DNA from: a virus
Lineage: Duplodnaviria; Caudoviricetes
Reading direction: 5' to 3' (one strand)
Virus record (IMG/VR): IMGVR_UViG_3300010344_001170
Coordinates: 15,078-79,077 of that record
DNA length: 64,000 nucleotides
Part shown: one piece after another, positions 29,539 to 39,158 of the stretch
Layout of the letters: each line of letters starts with the position of its first letter
Position numbering within the stretch: the stretch's first letter is position 1
The notes under the pieces: generated by a model
Seen by the model: the letters and a program-made list of their open reading frames with translations, nothing else
What the model was told of the DNA's origin: nothing
Databases searched by the model: none
Made by a program: the position numbers and the translations under genes

Positions 29539-29826
29539 ATGAAAAAACTTTGGGAAAAAATTAAAGCTTTTGCCCTATCAATATGGGAAAAGATTAAAAA
29601 ATGGTTTTTAAATACAGCTTGGCCATGGATCAAGAAATCTTGGATTCAAATTGTAAACGTATTAATTGTACTATTTGCATATGGTAAATTAGATGATCTT
29701 GGATCTCCAGCAGCAGGTCTCGTTGGATTATGGGGATTTATCCTATTAGTTTATTGGATTTTCTGGAAATTCTTTGGTGCTGACAAAGTTATTAAAGCCT
29801 GGTGGGAACAAAGAAAGAAAAAGTAA
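29539..29826 (+). CDS. Small membrane protein (amphipathic N-terminus, 2 TM, basic tail; holin-like topology)
   Basis: Hydropathy pattern only. Confidence 0.45.
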   Translation: MKKLWEKIKAFALSIWEKIKKWFLNTAWPWIKKSWIQIVNVLIVLFAYGKLDDLGSPAAGLVGLWGFILLVYWIFWKFFGADKVIKAWWEQRKKK

Positions 29827-30744
29827 ATGCGTGCGCGTTTAGTAAATGAATCGTACAATTTAGGTTTTAAAAAATCCTATCAATATCTCCAAGAGGTAAT
29901 TAAGAGATTAATGCCTCTTGAGAGATATTTCGCTTATAAGAATTATCAAGATAGAACAGATAATTTAGATGATTCGACGTATGGACTTAGATTAATTGTT
30001 AGAACAGAAGACGATTTATCACAAGAAATAAAAGATTTACTAGAAGGATTTGACGATAATCTTGATTTAAATAAAGTTGACAGAGATGAATCTCGATCTC
30101 CTCATTATGAACAACACGGACTTTATGATTGGAGAATTCCTAAGAAAAAAAATTATTGGGATTTTGTGAAAGAAAATCCAAAAATGTTACAGAGTGATGC
30201 TGATACCATGACCCATGATGTAGTGTTAACTTTAATTGACATGGCTGGCGGGGTAGGAAGTATGTTAGCTAACTATAATTATTATAGCTTAAAAGACTTC
30301 TTAAACAGCATGAGAGATTTCATGGATAAAAAAGAATTTAAAGATTATGTAAAAAGAGTCCATGAAAAATTTCCATATCTTGGTGATAACAAAAGAAAAT
30401 TCTTAGGAAAAACAAATGAAAGCATACGAAATCCAAATCCTGTTTTACGTCCAAAATCTAAAGAAGAAATAGAAAAAGAATTTGGAAATCAATACGCTGG
30501 ATTTAAAGAAGCAAGAGAAGGATTTGAACCTTTTGTAGTTAAAGCTTGGATGAGAGATCCAGGATACGGTTATCAATATGTTCTTTTGTTTTTAATAAAA
30601 TTTACAGAGTTAAGAGAATATGGTCTTTGCATTTATGACTATGAGAAAGAAGAATTTGTACAAGAACCTGGAACTCTTGATGATTATGGATTAACATATG
30701 AAGAGTTCATGATTAAATACGAAGACTATTTAAATTTTATTTAA
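29827..30744 (+). CDS. Hypothetical protein with N-terminal and internal leader motifs
   Basis: MRARLVNES...; internal KTNES..VLRPKSKEEI. Confidence 0.7.
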   Translation: MRARLVNESYNLGFKKSYQYLQEVIKRLMPLERYFAYKNYQDRTDNLDDSTYGLRLIVRTEDDLSQEIKDLLEGFDDNLDLNKVDRDESRSPHYEQHGLYDWRIPKKKNYWDFVKENPKMLQSDADTMTHDVVLTLIDMAGGVGSMLANYNYYSLKDFLNSMRDFMDKKEFKDYVKRVHEKFPYLGDNKRKFLGKTNESIRNPNPVLRPKSKEEIEKEFGNQYAGFKEAREGFEPFVVKAWMRDPGYGYQYVLLFLIKFTELREYGLCIYDYEKEEFVQEPGTLDDYGLTYEEFMIKYEDYLNFI

Positions 30745-30773
30745 CAGATTTTTAACAGATCTTATTTTTGTTT

Positions 30774-30796
30774 TTGACATATAATTATTATATTTG
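30774..30796 (+). promoter_or_regulatory. Host-type promoter
   Basis: TTGACA (30774-30779) and TATATTTG (30789-30796). Confidence 0.65.
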
Positions 30797-30816
30797 TAAT
30801 CCTTAAATCAAATTAC

Positions 30817-31089
30817 ATGTTACTAGTTGCAGAAATTATTTTAACTATCTTCGCCTGGAAAAAAGGCTGGAGATGGTGGGCTTTAGTACCTGTTGCACTC
30901 GCATTATTAATTGGTCTCTTTATGGGAATGGGTGTTGGCGCATCCGGTGGTGATGTTGACAGTGTCAGAGGTATATCCATTGTTCTCGACGTAATTGCAG
31001 TCATAGCTCTTATAGTTATGGTTACAAAAGGGCCGAAAACTAACGAAGTAGAAGAAACTAAAGATATTGAGAATGCTCCTCGGAGCTAG
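30817..31089 (+). CDS. Small multi-TM membrane protein
   Basis: Three hydrophobic segments. Confidence 0.6.
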   Translation: MLLVAEIILTIFAWKKGWRWWALVPVALALLIGLFMGMGVGASGGDVDSVRGISIVLDVIAVIALIVMVTKGPKTNEVEETKDIENAPRS

Positions 31090-31421
31090 TTATAGAGTAG
31101 GTATGTAAGACGCGGGTTCGAATCCCGCCACCTCCACAGCGAAACAAGTCGCTAAACGAGTTCCAATTTACTCATTCTTAAATTGGTGGTGGAATCCTGA
31201 CCATCGTCCAGTTTCTGGACACCGGTTAGCCCTGGGTTTTCGGAATTGAACCCTTAATCAATTCCAAACGGGGGTGACTTGGCTTTGATTGCATACTGAG
31301 GGAAATAATGAACGTCTCAATGAACGCAATAAACGGCGAACAGTTTAATGAAATGAAAATGGCTGCTTAAGAAGCACCCACTTTCAGGAGACTTGCCGGC
31401 AGCCTTAGTGCCGGCTTTTTT
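31090..31421 (+). ncRNA. ssrA: Circularly permuted (two-piece) tmRNA gene
   Basis: 3' piece (GTATGTA, T-arm GCGGG-TTCGAAT-CCCGC, CACCTCC-A; 31101-31136) precedes 5' piece GGGGGTG (31270). Acceptor stem has G3:U. TGCATAC pairs with GTATGTA. Tag frame 31335-31370 (A)GEQFNEMKMAA*. Confidence 0.9.
31388..31421 (+). terminator. Terminator after tmRNA, duplicated at 31925-31959
   Basis: GCCGGCA/TGCCGGC stem plus T6. Confidence 0.8.
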
Positions 31422-31424
31422 ATT

Positions 31425-31925
31425 ATGAAAAAATTTAATTATTTTTATAAAACTACAAACATCATAAATGAAAAATTTTATTATGGTGTTCATTCTTCTG
31501 ACAAAGATAACGATAATTATCTAGGATCAGGAAAATTATTATTAAAGGCTATCAAAAAATATGGCCGTGAAAATTTTAAAAGAGAAATCATCCAATTTTT
31601 TGATTCTTTTGACGATGCCTTAAATTTTGAAAAACAATTTGTTATCGAAGATATAATAACAAATCCATTATGTTATAATATTAACATTGGAGGTAAAGGA
31701 GGGTCAAAAAGAGGAAGACAATCTCCAATGAAAGGACGAATACATTCTGAAGAAACAAAAACAAAAATTAGTAACTCTGAAAAGGGAAAGTCTAAAAATA
31801 AAGGAATAACTCGCTCAATAGAAACCCGGCAAAAAATTAGCGAGAATAATGGTATGAAAAACCGAGGTTATCTTGTTTCTGGTTCTCGTAATGGAATGTA
31901 TAAGAAAAAATACAATATAATTTAG
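31425..31925 (+). mobile_element. GIY-YIG homing endonuclease flanked by duplicated terminator
   Basis: YFYKTTNIINEKFYYG..YLGSG..KYGRENF; NUMOD3-like HSEETK. Confidence 0.85.
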
Positions 31926-31989
31926 AGACTTGCCCGCAGCCTAAGTGCGGGCTTTTTTTGTGTGATATATAAATAAATTAATAGTTTAT

Positions 31990-32196
31990 ATGCGCGCTAA
32001 ATTTGTCTTTGAAAGCCAACATATATTAAATAAGATCGATCTTATCAATGAAATACTTCAACAATTCGATGAAGAAATTCGTGATGAATTGAAAAAGGAT
32101 TTAATGGCTATGTCCAAAGATGAATTTGATGAATGGGTTAAGTACGCAGGGTACAATAAAATGGGAAAATATTGGACAGCATCAACTGTCTATTAA
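31990..32196 (+). CDS. Small protein with shared leader (MRAKFVFES)
   Basis: ORF with late motif at 31965. Confidence 0.65.
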   Translation: MRAKFVFESQHILNKIDLINEILQQFDEEIRDELKKDLMAMSKDEFDEWVKYAGYNKMGKYWTASTVY

Positions 32197-32228
32197 GATT
32201 AAGATATATAAAATAAAATATTAGCATT

Positions 32229-32777
32229 ATGAAAGCCGGAAGTTTTAATATTCATGAATATTTAGGAAAACTTTATGATAAAGTAAATGAAGAAGATTTA
32301 ACTAAGTCTTTATCATTAAACGAAGAAGAAAAGGCGGGAAATTTACCTGATGATAATGGTATGATTATACCTGAAGAAGGTAAAAAGGCTTATGACTGGC
32401 TTAAGAAAGAATACCATAAAGGTAAGACAGAAGTAAAAGTAGAAATGTCATATCATGAATTCAAACCTGGCTACCATCTTGATACTAATTTGAAATCTGT
32501 AAATGATTTTAAACCTGGTTTATATGGTGACATTAAGACCAAAGACACAGAAGGTGGAAAGAGAGAAAAAGCTGTGCCATTTCCTGAAACAAAATTCCCT
32601 GGGGGCGAAACTAAAGCACCTGAAGAAGGTAAAAAAGAAAACGAATCTTCTGAAAAGAAATCAACGGGGATAACTGTTGAAGCTAAACCAAAAGTAGAAG
32701 CTAAAGCTAAGAAAGAAGATCAAGAAATTGGAAAAGAAGTAAAAGAAGATACCAAGGATAAAGTTGTTAAAAAATAA
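32229..32777 (+). CDS. Charged hypothetical late protein
   Basis: ORF with late motif at 32204. Confidence 0.65.
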   Translation: MKAGSFNIHEYLGKLYDKVNEEDLTKSLSLNEEEKAGNLPDDNGMIIPEEGKKAYDWLKKEYHKGKTEVKVEMSYHEFKPGYHLDTNLKSVNDFKPGLYGDIKTKDTEGGKREKAVPFPETKFPGGETKAPEEGKKENESSEKKSTGITVEAKPKVEAKAKKEDQEIGKEVKEDTKDKVVKK

Positions 32778-33172
32778 TGTTAGTTAGAGAAACAGTATAT
32801 CCTATTATAGGTCATTTCAATAAAGCTACAGTAAAGGGACGAGCTAGAGAGTTACCAACAGTATTTCAAACATTAGCTCGAAGATTTAAAAACATTCCTG
32901 GCACTGATAGCTTTTATGTTGATGATATAGAAGAAATGGTTAAAGTTCTTCGAAGACATGATGACAAATGGGCAGGAAGACATGCAGTACCTTATGTAAC
33001 CCCAGGATTTGTCCCCTATTTTAAAAAGAAATCATATATCGAAGAAGATGGTAAAAAACTTTGGACTAACAATCCATATAAATTATCACCAGAAGGATTT
33101 GACCAATATCACATAAGCGTACATATGGTTCTTGATAAAGAAGACGATTTTATAGGTTGGATTTGTAATTAG
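32777..33172 (+). CDS. Hypothetical protein (MLVRE leader variant)
   Basis: ORF. Confidence 0.6.
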   Translation: MLVRETVYPIIGHFNKATVKGRARELPTVFQTLARRFKNIPGTDSFYVDDIEEMVKVLRRHDDKWAGRHAVPYVTPGFVPYFKKKSYIEEDGKKLWTNNPYKLSPEGFDQYHISVHMVLDKEDDFIGWICN

Positions 33173-33176
33173 ATTT

Positions 33177-33515
33177 ATGATAAACAATGATTCATTAGGA
33201 GACAGATTGAATGCGGTGAAAAGAGGTAAACCGCTGCCTCCTCCACCACAACAGCAAACGTTTGTGCCTCCTCAATCAATGCCGACACAGCAATCTCAAT
33301 CTCAACAACCTACTCAACACACTGTTAAATTTTATTTTCTATCTAAACTTTTCGTTGTATTGGATTCAGCCTTTGCATCATTATTATATGGAATTGCAAT
33401 TAAAGCTATATTTAATTTAGATTGGTCATTAATTGAAGCTTTCGCAGTAGGGTTTCTTCTAAATCATGCCATATCAATATTTCCAAGAGTTTTATTTCCA
33501 AAATTATTTAAATAA
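33177..33515 (+). CDS. Pro/Gln-rich two-TM membrane protein
   Basis: ORF. Confidence 0.6.
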   Translation: MINNDSLGDRLNAVKRGKPLPPPPQQQTFVPPQSMPTQQSQSQQPTQHTVKFYFLSKLFVVLDSAFASLLYGIAIKAIFNLDWSLIEAFAVGFLLNHAISIFPRVLFPKLFK

Positions 33516-33570
33516 ACAAAACTTTTTACTCATTGACTTATAGAATAGATAATTATCTAAAACTATATTT

Positions 33571-34296
33571 ATGTCAAGAGGTAAACTAATCGTTCTCGAA
33601 GGAATTGATGGTTCGGGAAAATCTACTCAAACTGATAAAGCTAAACAATATTTTGAAGAAAAAAATCTGAAATATGCCTATTATCATTTTCCAATGTATG
33701 GGCACAATCAGTTTTCTGATGTGATCGCAAGATTTTTAAGAGGAGAATTCGGAAAAGCAAACGAAGTTGATCCTCTTTTTGTTGCTAATATCTATGCAAT
33801 GGATCGATTCAGGTTTTTACCTGAATTAGAAAAGGCATTAGAAGAAAATGATGTAGTTCTTTTGGATCGATATGTGTACTCGAATATCGCGTATCAGTGT
33901 GCAAAATTTGATAATGAAGAAGATATTACTCGAATGAAAGAATGGATTTTTGAATTCGAATTTCAATTTTTAAGTCTTCCATATCCTGATTTAAACATTT
34001 TCTTTGATGTTCCTAATGCTGTGGCCGAAGAAAGATTAAAAGTAAAAAGAGAGGGAGACGATCGCAATTACTTACAAGGAAAAACTGATATTCATGAAGA
34101 AGATCTTGAATTGCAAAAGAAAGTACGAAATAATTATCTAAAATTCATGAGTGGTTCTGTTAATTGTTTAGTAATTAAATGTGCTCATGAATTTGGAGAT
34201 GAAAAGAACCTTAACTATATGGTTTTACCTCCTGATGAGTTATTTAACTCATACAAAAGATATTTTGATTATGTGCTTTTTAATAAATCATTATAA
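33571..34296 (+). CDS. tmk: Thymidylate kinase
   Basis: LEGIDGSGKSTQ P-loop, DRYVYSNIAYQ, PDL.IFFDVP. Confidence 0.9.
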   Translation: MSRGKLIVLEGIDGSGKSTQTDKAKQYFEEKNLKYAYYHFPMYGHNQFSDVIARFLRGEFGKANEVDPLFVANIYAMDRFRFLPELEKALEENDVVLLDRYVYSNIAYQCAKFDNEEDITRMKEWIFEFEFQFLSLPYPDLNIFFDVPNAVAEERLKVKREGDDRNYLQGKTDIHEEDLELQKKVRNNYLKFMSGSVNCLVIKCAHEFGDEKNLNYMVLPPDELFNSYKRYFDYVLFNKSL

Positions 34297-34538
34297 TGAA
34301 AGACGATAACATAGAGAATTTTAAAAATTATAAAAAATTACATAAGCTTACAAAACCAAGGTCACCTTTGGTCATAGAATTTATGACAGATGATTTTCCT
34401 AGCGAGTGGCTAACAACGATCATTACTTACAAAGCAAAAACAGGTTCTGTTACAAACCACGTTCTTATCCTACAAAATGAAATTGAACATCGTATTGAGA
34501 TGCTTCAAAAGGAAGGTTACATTTTAACAGAGACTTAA
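34296..34538 (+). CDS. Hypothetical protein
   Basis: ORF. Confidence 0.55.
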   Translation: MKDDNIENFKNYKKLHKLTKPRSPLVIEFMTDDFPSEWLTTIITYKAKTGSVTNHVLILQNEIEHRIEMLQKEGYILTET

Positions 34539-34653
34539 CTTTTTTAAAAAATATTAACAGCAGTACGGATGTTAAATTAGCATATCCCGGGAAAATTCTT
34601 GAAAGTCAAGATATATATAAATAAACTAATTGTAAAATCTAAAATTAAATTTT

Positions 34654-34941
34654 ATGGCAGAAGCACAGAAACCTCAGGTTGACGCAACTCAGCAAGTCGA
34701 AACCAAACCATATGTTCCAACATATAGAGTCAAGCCTGAATTTAAGGATGCCGTTTTAAAATCGATCGGACAACATCCTTTCAACCAGATCGCTGGAATT
34801 ATCAATGCAATTAATGTTGAGGTCATGGACCATAATACATTAACTCAGGTTATTAACGTTCTTGGAAATTTCCCATACGTTCAAGTAGCAGGAATCCTTA
34901 CTAACGTTAACTCTTACGTAGAACAAATAGTTGAGGATTAA
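34654..34941 (+). CDS. Hypothetical late protein with internal duplication
   Basis: IGQHPFNQIAGII vs LGNFPYVQVAGIL. Confidence 0.6.
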   Translation: MAEAQKPQVDATQQVETKPYVPTYRVKPEFKDAVLKSIGQHPFNQIAGIINAINVEVMDHNTLTQVINVLGNFPYVQVAGILTNVNSYVEQIVED

Positions 34942-35000
34942 TTTCTCAACTATTTAGTTCTATTATGTGATTTCTATTTTTTGGAAAATAATATTGGTGT

Positions 35001-35636
35001 ATGCATAGAAAAGAAAAAGAGAAGTCGATTCAAGTATTAGCAGTTAATTTCTTAGAGGATAAAAATCAATATGCCTTTAAGGAACTAATTGAACGTCTAA
35101 AACCAGGATTGTCTTTGTTTGTTGGTAAATATGTTAATGGAGATAAAGATTTATGTCAAGAAATTGTCTCTGCTACATTTGTTAGCATTTGGGAAAAAAT
35201 AAACCAGTATGATACTAAATGGAGTTTTTCTACATGGGTTTATGCAATTGCAAAGAATGAAGCACTTGGACAATTACGCCTTAACAGAAGAAATCTTTCA
35301 CACGAACAATTATCAGAAAACCAGTCAAAAGTTTTAAAACTTTATTCAAATCCTTTTTATATGGATCTTGAATGTATCGGACCTACAGGTGAAGAATTAA
35401 CACAGCATCTTTACGAATTAACTCTTAAAGAGATTGATTTATTAGAAGAACCTTATAAAACAGTAATGTTTGAAAGGGAAGTAAACAAAAAACAGTTACA
35501 GGATATAGCTGATAGTTTAAATTGGAATTTAAACACAGTTAAAACAAGACTAAGAAAAGCACGACAAGATGTAGCTGATAGTCTTACTAAAAAATATCCT
35601 GAACTTATTGAAGCTTATCACGAAGAAAATGAGTAA
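35001..35636 (+). CDS. ECF-type RNA polymerase sigma factor
   Basis: AFKELIER..QEIV..F..IW..Y...SFSTWVYAIAKN; region 4 LQDIA..L..NTVKTRL.KAR. Confidence 0.85.
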   Translation: MHRKEKEKSIQVLAVNFLEDKNQYAFKELIERLKPGLSLFVGKYVNGDKDLCQEIVSATFVSIWEKINQYDTKWSFSTWVYAIAKNEALGQLRLNRRNLSHEQLSENQSKVLKLYSNPFYMDLECIGPTGEELTQHLYELTLKEIDLLEEPYKTVMFEREVNKKQLQDIADSLNWNLNTVKTRLRKARQDVADSLTKKYPELIEAYHEENE

Positions 35637-36120
35637 AATACATCCGTTCAATCCAAAAAAATGGGCGGTTTGGATGGTCATAAAAGACTTCCAAAATTAT
35701 GCCGCATGGATCAAAGTTATAGATAGAGAAAAGGATGATCCTCAATCTACTTATAATAAGTATGACATGCGACATAACTTTTTTTATACAGTTTATTTTC
35801 CTATAAGATTACCAGAGGAAGATAGAGCATTGCCTGACAGTATCAAACGATTAAGAGTAGTTGAAACTCTTGGGCCTATTCATCGTTATATTGATGAGGA
35901 TTTACAATTTGCGGAATACATTGTTCCAGAATTCAATCAATTCTATGATGAAAATAATGAGCCAACTTTAGCTTATGGTATTGTCTACAGATTCGCATTT
36001 AAAAGACTATCATTAAAATGGGTAGTTTCAAGAACAGTTATTATAGGATTATTGACATGGGCATTAATAAAATTTCCTATAATTAGTACAGTAGCAGAAT
36101 GGATTAAAAATGTTTTTTAA
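35629..36120 (+). CDS. Hypothetical protein with C-terminal TM
   Basis: ORF. Confidence 0.6.
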   Translation: MSKIHPFNPKKWAVWMVIKDFQNYAAWIKVIDREKDDPQSTYNKYDMRHNFFYTVYFPIRLPEEDRALPDSIKRLRVVETLGPIHRYIDEDLQFAEYIVPEFNQFYDENNEPTLAYGIVYRFAFKRLSLKWVVSRTVIIGLLTWALIKFPIISTVAEWIKNVF

Positions 36121-36646
36121 CGCCCAATCCTATTTTAATTTTTGTTTCCTCAGAAAGTTTTTTACCTTTATGTGAGTTACTAATTTTGTCTCTTGTTTCT
36201 TTTGAAACTATATGTCCGTTTAAAGAATTTTTTAATTTTTTCTTTGTCTTATTAGAAAGTTTTCTTCCTATTCGGCTAATTGTCATATTTTTTATATGTT
36301 CTTCAGATAATGAGCGTCCAGATAATGTACGACTAATTTTTTTCTTTGTTTCATCAGAAATACCATTTGATATTTGATGACCACCTTTTGGACTAATATT
36401 ATATCCGTTTGGTTCTAATGTATCAAATTCTTTAATATATCTTTCTTGAGCATTAAAAGCTTCTTGTTTTGTATTAAACTCTTCAAGAACTTGTTTACAA
36501 AAATTTTTTGAACCATATTTTTTAATAGCATTATTTATAGCTAATCCACTCCCTAAATAATTATCATTTAAATTAGTTGTTGAATGGTCTCCTATATATC
36601 GTTTACCATTAATTAGATTAGTTGTCATATAAACAATATGATACAT
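36104..36646 (-). mobile_element. GIY-YIG homing endonuclease
   Basis: IVYMTTNLINGKRYIG..YLGSG; NUMOD3-like repeats. Confidence 0.85.
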
Positions 36647-36699
36647 AAAACTTTTTATTAATTTATTATATAAATATATATTACAAAATTTAGAGACCC

Positions 36700-37494
36700 T
36701 TGAGCCAATTAACTATAAACAATTTTAACCCAAAGAAAATAAAGTGGTTAAAGGATTATTATGGAAACCCGGCGGCCTATTATCCGCTCAAAGTACCAGG
36801 AGTCACAACTGTTTTAGGTGATATGATTGTTGATCCTGAGTATTTAAAGTTTATTGAAGAAGTAGGAGAAGAAAAAGCAAAGCAAATAACGGAAGCCGCT
36901 TGGCATCGTGGAACAGCGATGCATTCATTCATTGAAAATTTTGTAAAAGAATTAGCGAAGAGTAAAGATCCCTCTATGGCTCTTCAACACACTCAACAGG
37001 TTTCACCAATGTTGTTGGAACAGGAAGGTGTGCCGATGGAGAAAATAGATAAAGGACGAGAATTATTTTTGAATTTCTATTATTCGGACTATGCCAACTC
37101 ATATACTGATCTTATAGGAACCGAACTCGTCCTTTATTCTCCATCTTTATTTTATCGTGGCAAAACAGATGTTTTCTTCAATGAAAATGGTATTGGCCGC
37201 GTAATCACCGATTTTAAAACTACTAGTAAATTTATTGTCAAAGGATCTGTTAAAGAACAGATTTATAAACATCAGCTTGGCGCTTATGCCATTGCTGCTG
37301 AAGAAATGTTTGCTGAAAAACAAGTTAAAATTGCAAAGGCATCTATTTTAGCAGTTCATACAAAATCCACATTAATACAAGAAATTGTATGTCAAGGAGA
37401 TGAACTTGAAGAGCATAAAGAAGCATTTAAAACTATTGTTAAAGCTTGGCATATAAAAAATAACCAAGGTTTTTTATTTGATGAGAGGGCTTGA
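36700..37494 (+). CDS. PD-(D/E)XK exonuclease (Cas4-like phage family)
   Basis: PGVTTVL, RGTAMH, E..L....YRGKTD, DFKT, QLGAYA. Confidence 0.85.
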   Translation: MSQLTINNFNPKKIKWLKDYYGNPAAYYPLKVPGVTTVLGDMIVDPEYLKFIEEVGEEKAKQITEAAWHRGTAMHSFIENFVKELAKSKDPSMALQHTQQVSPMLLEQEGVPMEKIDKGRELFLNFYYSDYANSYTDLIGTELVLYSPSLFYRGKTDVFFNENGIGRVITDFKTTSKFIVKGSVKEQIYKHQLGAYAIAAEEMFAEKQVKIAKASILAVHTKSTLIQEIVCQGDELEEHKEAFKTIVKAWHIKNNQGFLFDERA

Positions 37495-37885
37495 TGAAGC
37501 ATTAAAAGGGTATAATGTACAGTATATTGATCAACCAGTTTTCATGACATTTTGTATTAAGAAAAATCAATTGATCAGCAAGCCACAATCAGTTTGTGTT
37601 TATCCGATAGAAAACTTTATAAGATTATTAAAATCGCACAAAGGAATACGACAAATTTACATTTATAAAGATCCATCGACAAATCAACCCTTTTGGAGAA
37701 CTTCTCTTGTTACAGATGGTCAAGAAGAAGTTTTAATAGTCAGAGGATTGATTGAAACTGGTAACAATAGATATTCCTTAAAAGAAAGAGGAAGATCAAA
37801 AGAAACAGAAACACATCATTATTATGCACAGAATGCAACTATAGATAGCAATTTAGATTTTAATTATAATTCAAATAATACGTAA
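37481..37885 (+). CDS. Hypothetical protein
   Basis: ORF. Confidence 0.55.
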   Translation: MRGLDEALKGYNVQYIDQPVFMTFCIKKNQLISKPQSVCVYPIENFIRLLKSHKGIRQIYIYKDPSTNQPFWRTSLVTDGQEEVLIVRGLIETGNNRYSLKERGRSKETETHHYYAQNATIDSNLDFNYNSNNT

Positions 37886-37888
37886 AAA

Positions 37889-38515
37889 ATGGCAGAACTA
37901 GAAATTAACAACACTCAGGAACTTACTGAGAAACTTAATGAAATTGTTGGCGACCCATCAATAAATAAACCTTCTGAAGAAGAGGTTGCTCAAGCAAAAC
38001 TTGATTATGAAAATGCAGCTAAAGAATGGAAAGAAACTATTTATAAAATAGGAACTCCAGAAGAAGGACAAGAAATATGTGATTATTTAAAGCATTTCAT
38101 AATGCACAGATGTATGTGGAAAGAAAATGCATGGATGGGGGTTATTAAATTAGCTGAAGAAATTGATGCAGCTAATACTTTATTTAAAGGGAAAAAAGGC
38201 AAAGGTTTAGAGCTTGGGTATCAAGCTGCTGAATTTACATTCTATATTCTATCAAATCCTGGTGGAATTGGTCTTCAGTCAGCATTAGATTTTGAATCAG
38301 AACATGAGATTTATTTCAAATGTTTTAATCTTTTTGGACAAACAGTTCAAGATGCAAGAGATAATTTAAAAAATGTTGAGTTTTTACAACAGAGATGGGG
38401 TGCAATGGCACAAGGATTCTATCTTGAAATGGAGCCTGAACAAGAACCTGAGATTAATGAAGAGTCTGTAGGCGAAGTATTCGATCCAGGCGTGGATGAT
38501 GTCCCAAAAGAATAA
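37889..38515 (+). CDS. Hypothetical acidic protein
   Basis: ORF. Confidence 0.6.
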   Translation: MAELEINNTQELTEKLNEIVGDPSINKPSEEEVAQAKLDYENAAKEWKETIYKIGTPEEGQEICDYLKHFIMHRCMWKENAWMGVIKLAEEIDAANTLFKGKKGKGLELGYQAAEFTFYILSNPGGIGLQSALDFESEHEIYFKCFNLFGQTVQDARDNLKNVEFLQQRWGAMAQGFYLEMEPEQEPEINEESVGEVFDPGVDDVPKE

Positions 38516-38535
38516 TATATAGTTTAAAAAGCATA

Positions 38536-38889
38536 ATGGAAAAGTGGTTTAATAAAAATCTTAAATGGATTGCATTAATACTTTTAGTATTATTTGTATT
38601 TAAATCCGCACAAAGTTGTAGTCGTAATATGAAATTGAATATTACTGACAAACAATACATACACACTATAGATTCGTTAAATACAAAATTTAACACTTAC
38701 TATGAATTATCACAGGATAGTATTAAGAAATTAAATTTTGAATTGAAATTGGCTAATGACAGAGCTGCTTCTTCTGAAGATAAAGCAAGGGCAGTTCAAA
38801 GTGCTGTAGAAAAAATTAGAGCCAATACAACGACGACTGTAGTAGTTAAAGGGGCAGAAGAAGTAAAAGACACTAATAACAAAAAATAA
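38536..38889 (+). CDS. Membrane-anchored or lipoprotein-like coiled-coil protein
   Basis: TM, then AQSC, then heptads. Confidence 0.55.
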   Translation: MEKWFNKNLKWIALILLVLFVFKSAQSCSRNMKLNITDKQYIHTIDSLNTKFNTYYELSQDSIKKLNFELKLANDRAASSEDKARAVQSAVEKIRANTTTTVVVKGAEEVKDTNNKK

Positions 38890-39158
38890 TGAAACCATTT
38901 AACGAAGAATTGGCAAGTACATTTTTCACTGTTTTGAAAGAATTTTTAAATTCATCAGACAGAGAAATGGAGCCATATGTTAGAGAGAAAATACAGGAGT
39001 TTGTAAAAGAAGAACATACTCCTGGAGAAATTTATGATTTTTGTGATGAAATTTCTAAACTTCCATGTCAACGAATTTCGGAAAAGATATGTGTCGGTGA
39101 TATTAGTGCTTTTATGCAGTCTGTATTCGACGTAACAAAATATTATGAAAAAGTATGA
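38889..39158 (+). CDS. Hypothetical protein
   Basis: ORF. Confidence 0.55.
   Translation: MKPFNEELASTFFTVLKEFLNSSDREMEPYVREKIQEFVKEEHTPGEIYDFCDEISKLPCQRISEKICVGDISAFMQSVFDVTKYYEKV

Noticed and set aside
31112-31138. Stand-alone tRNA
   Set aside because: No D or anticodon arm or 5' acceptor strand upstream; the partner strand lies downstream, fitting a permuted tmRNA
36700-37494. Cas4 as evidence of a CRISPR system
   Set aside because: No Fe-S cysteines, cas neighbours or array; ordinary phage PD-(D/E)XK exonuclease
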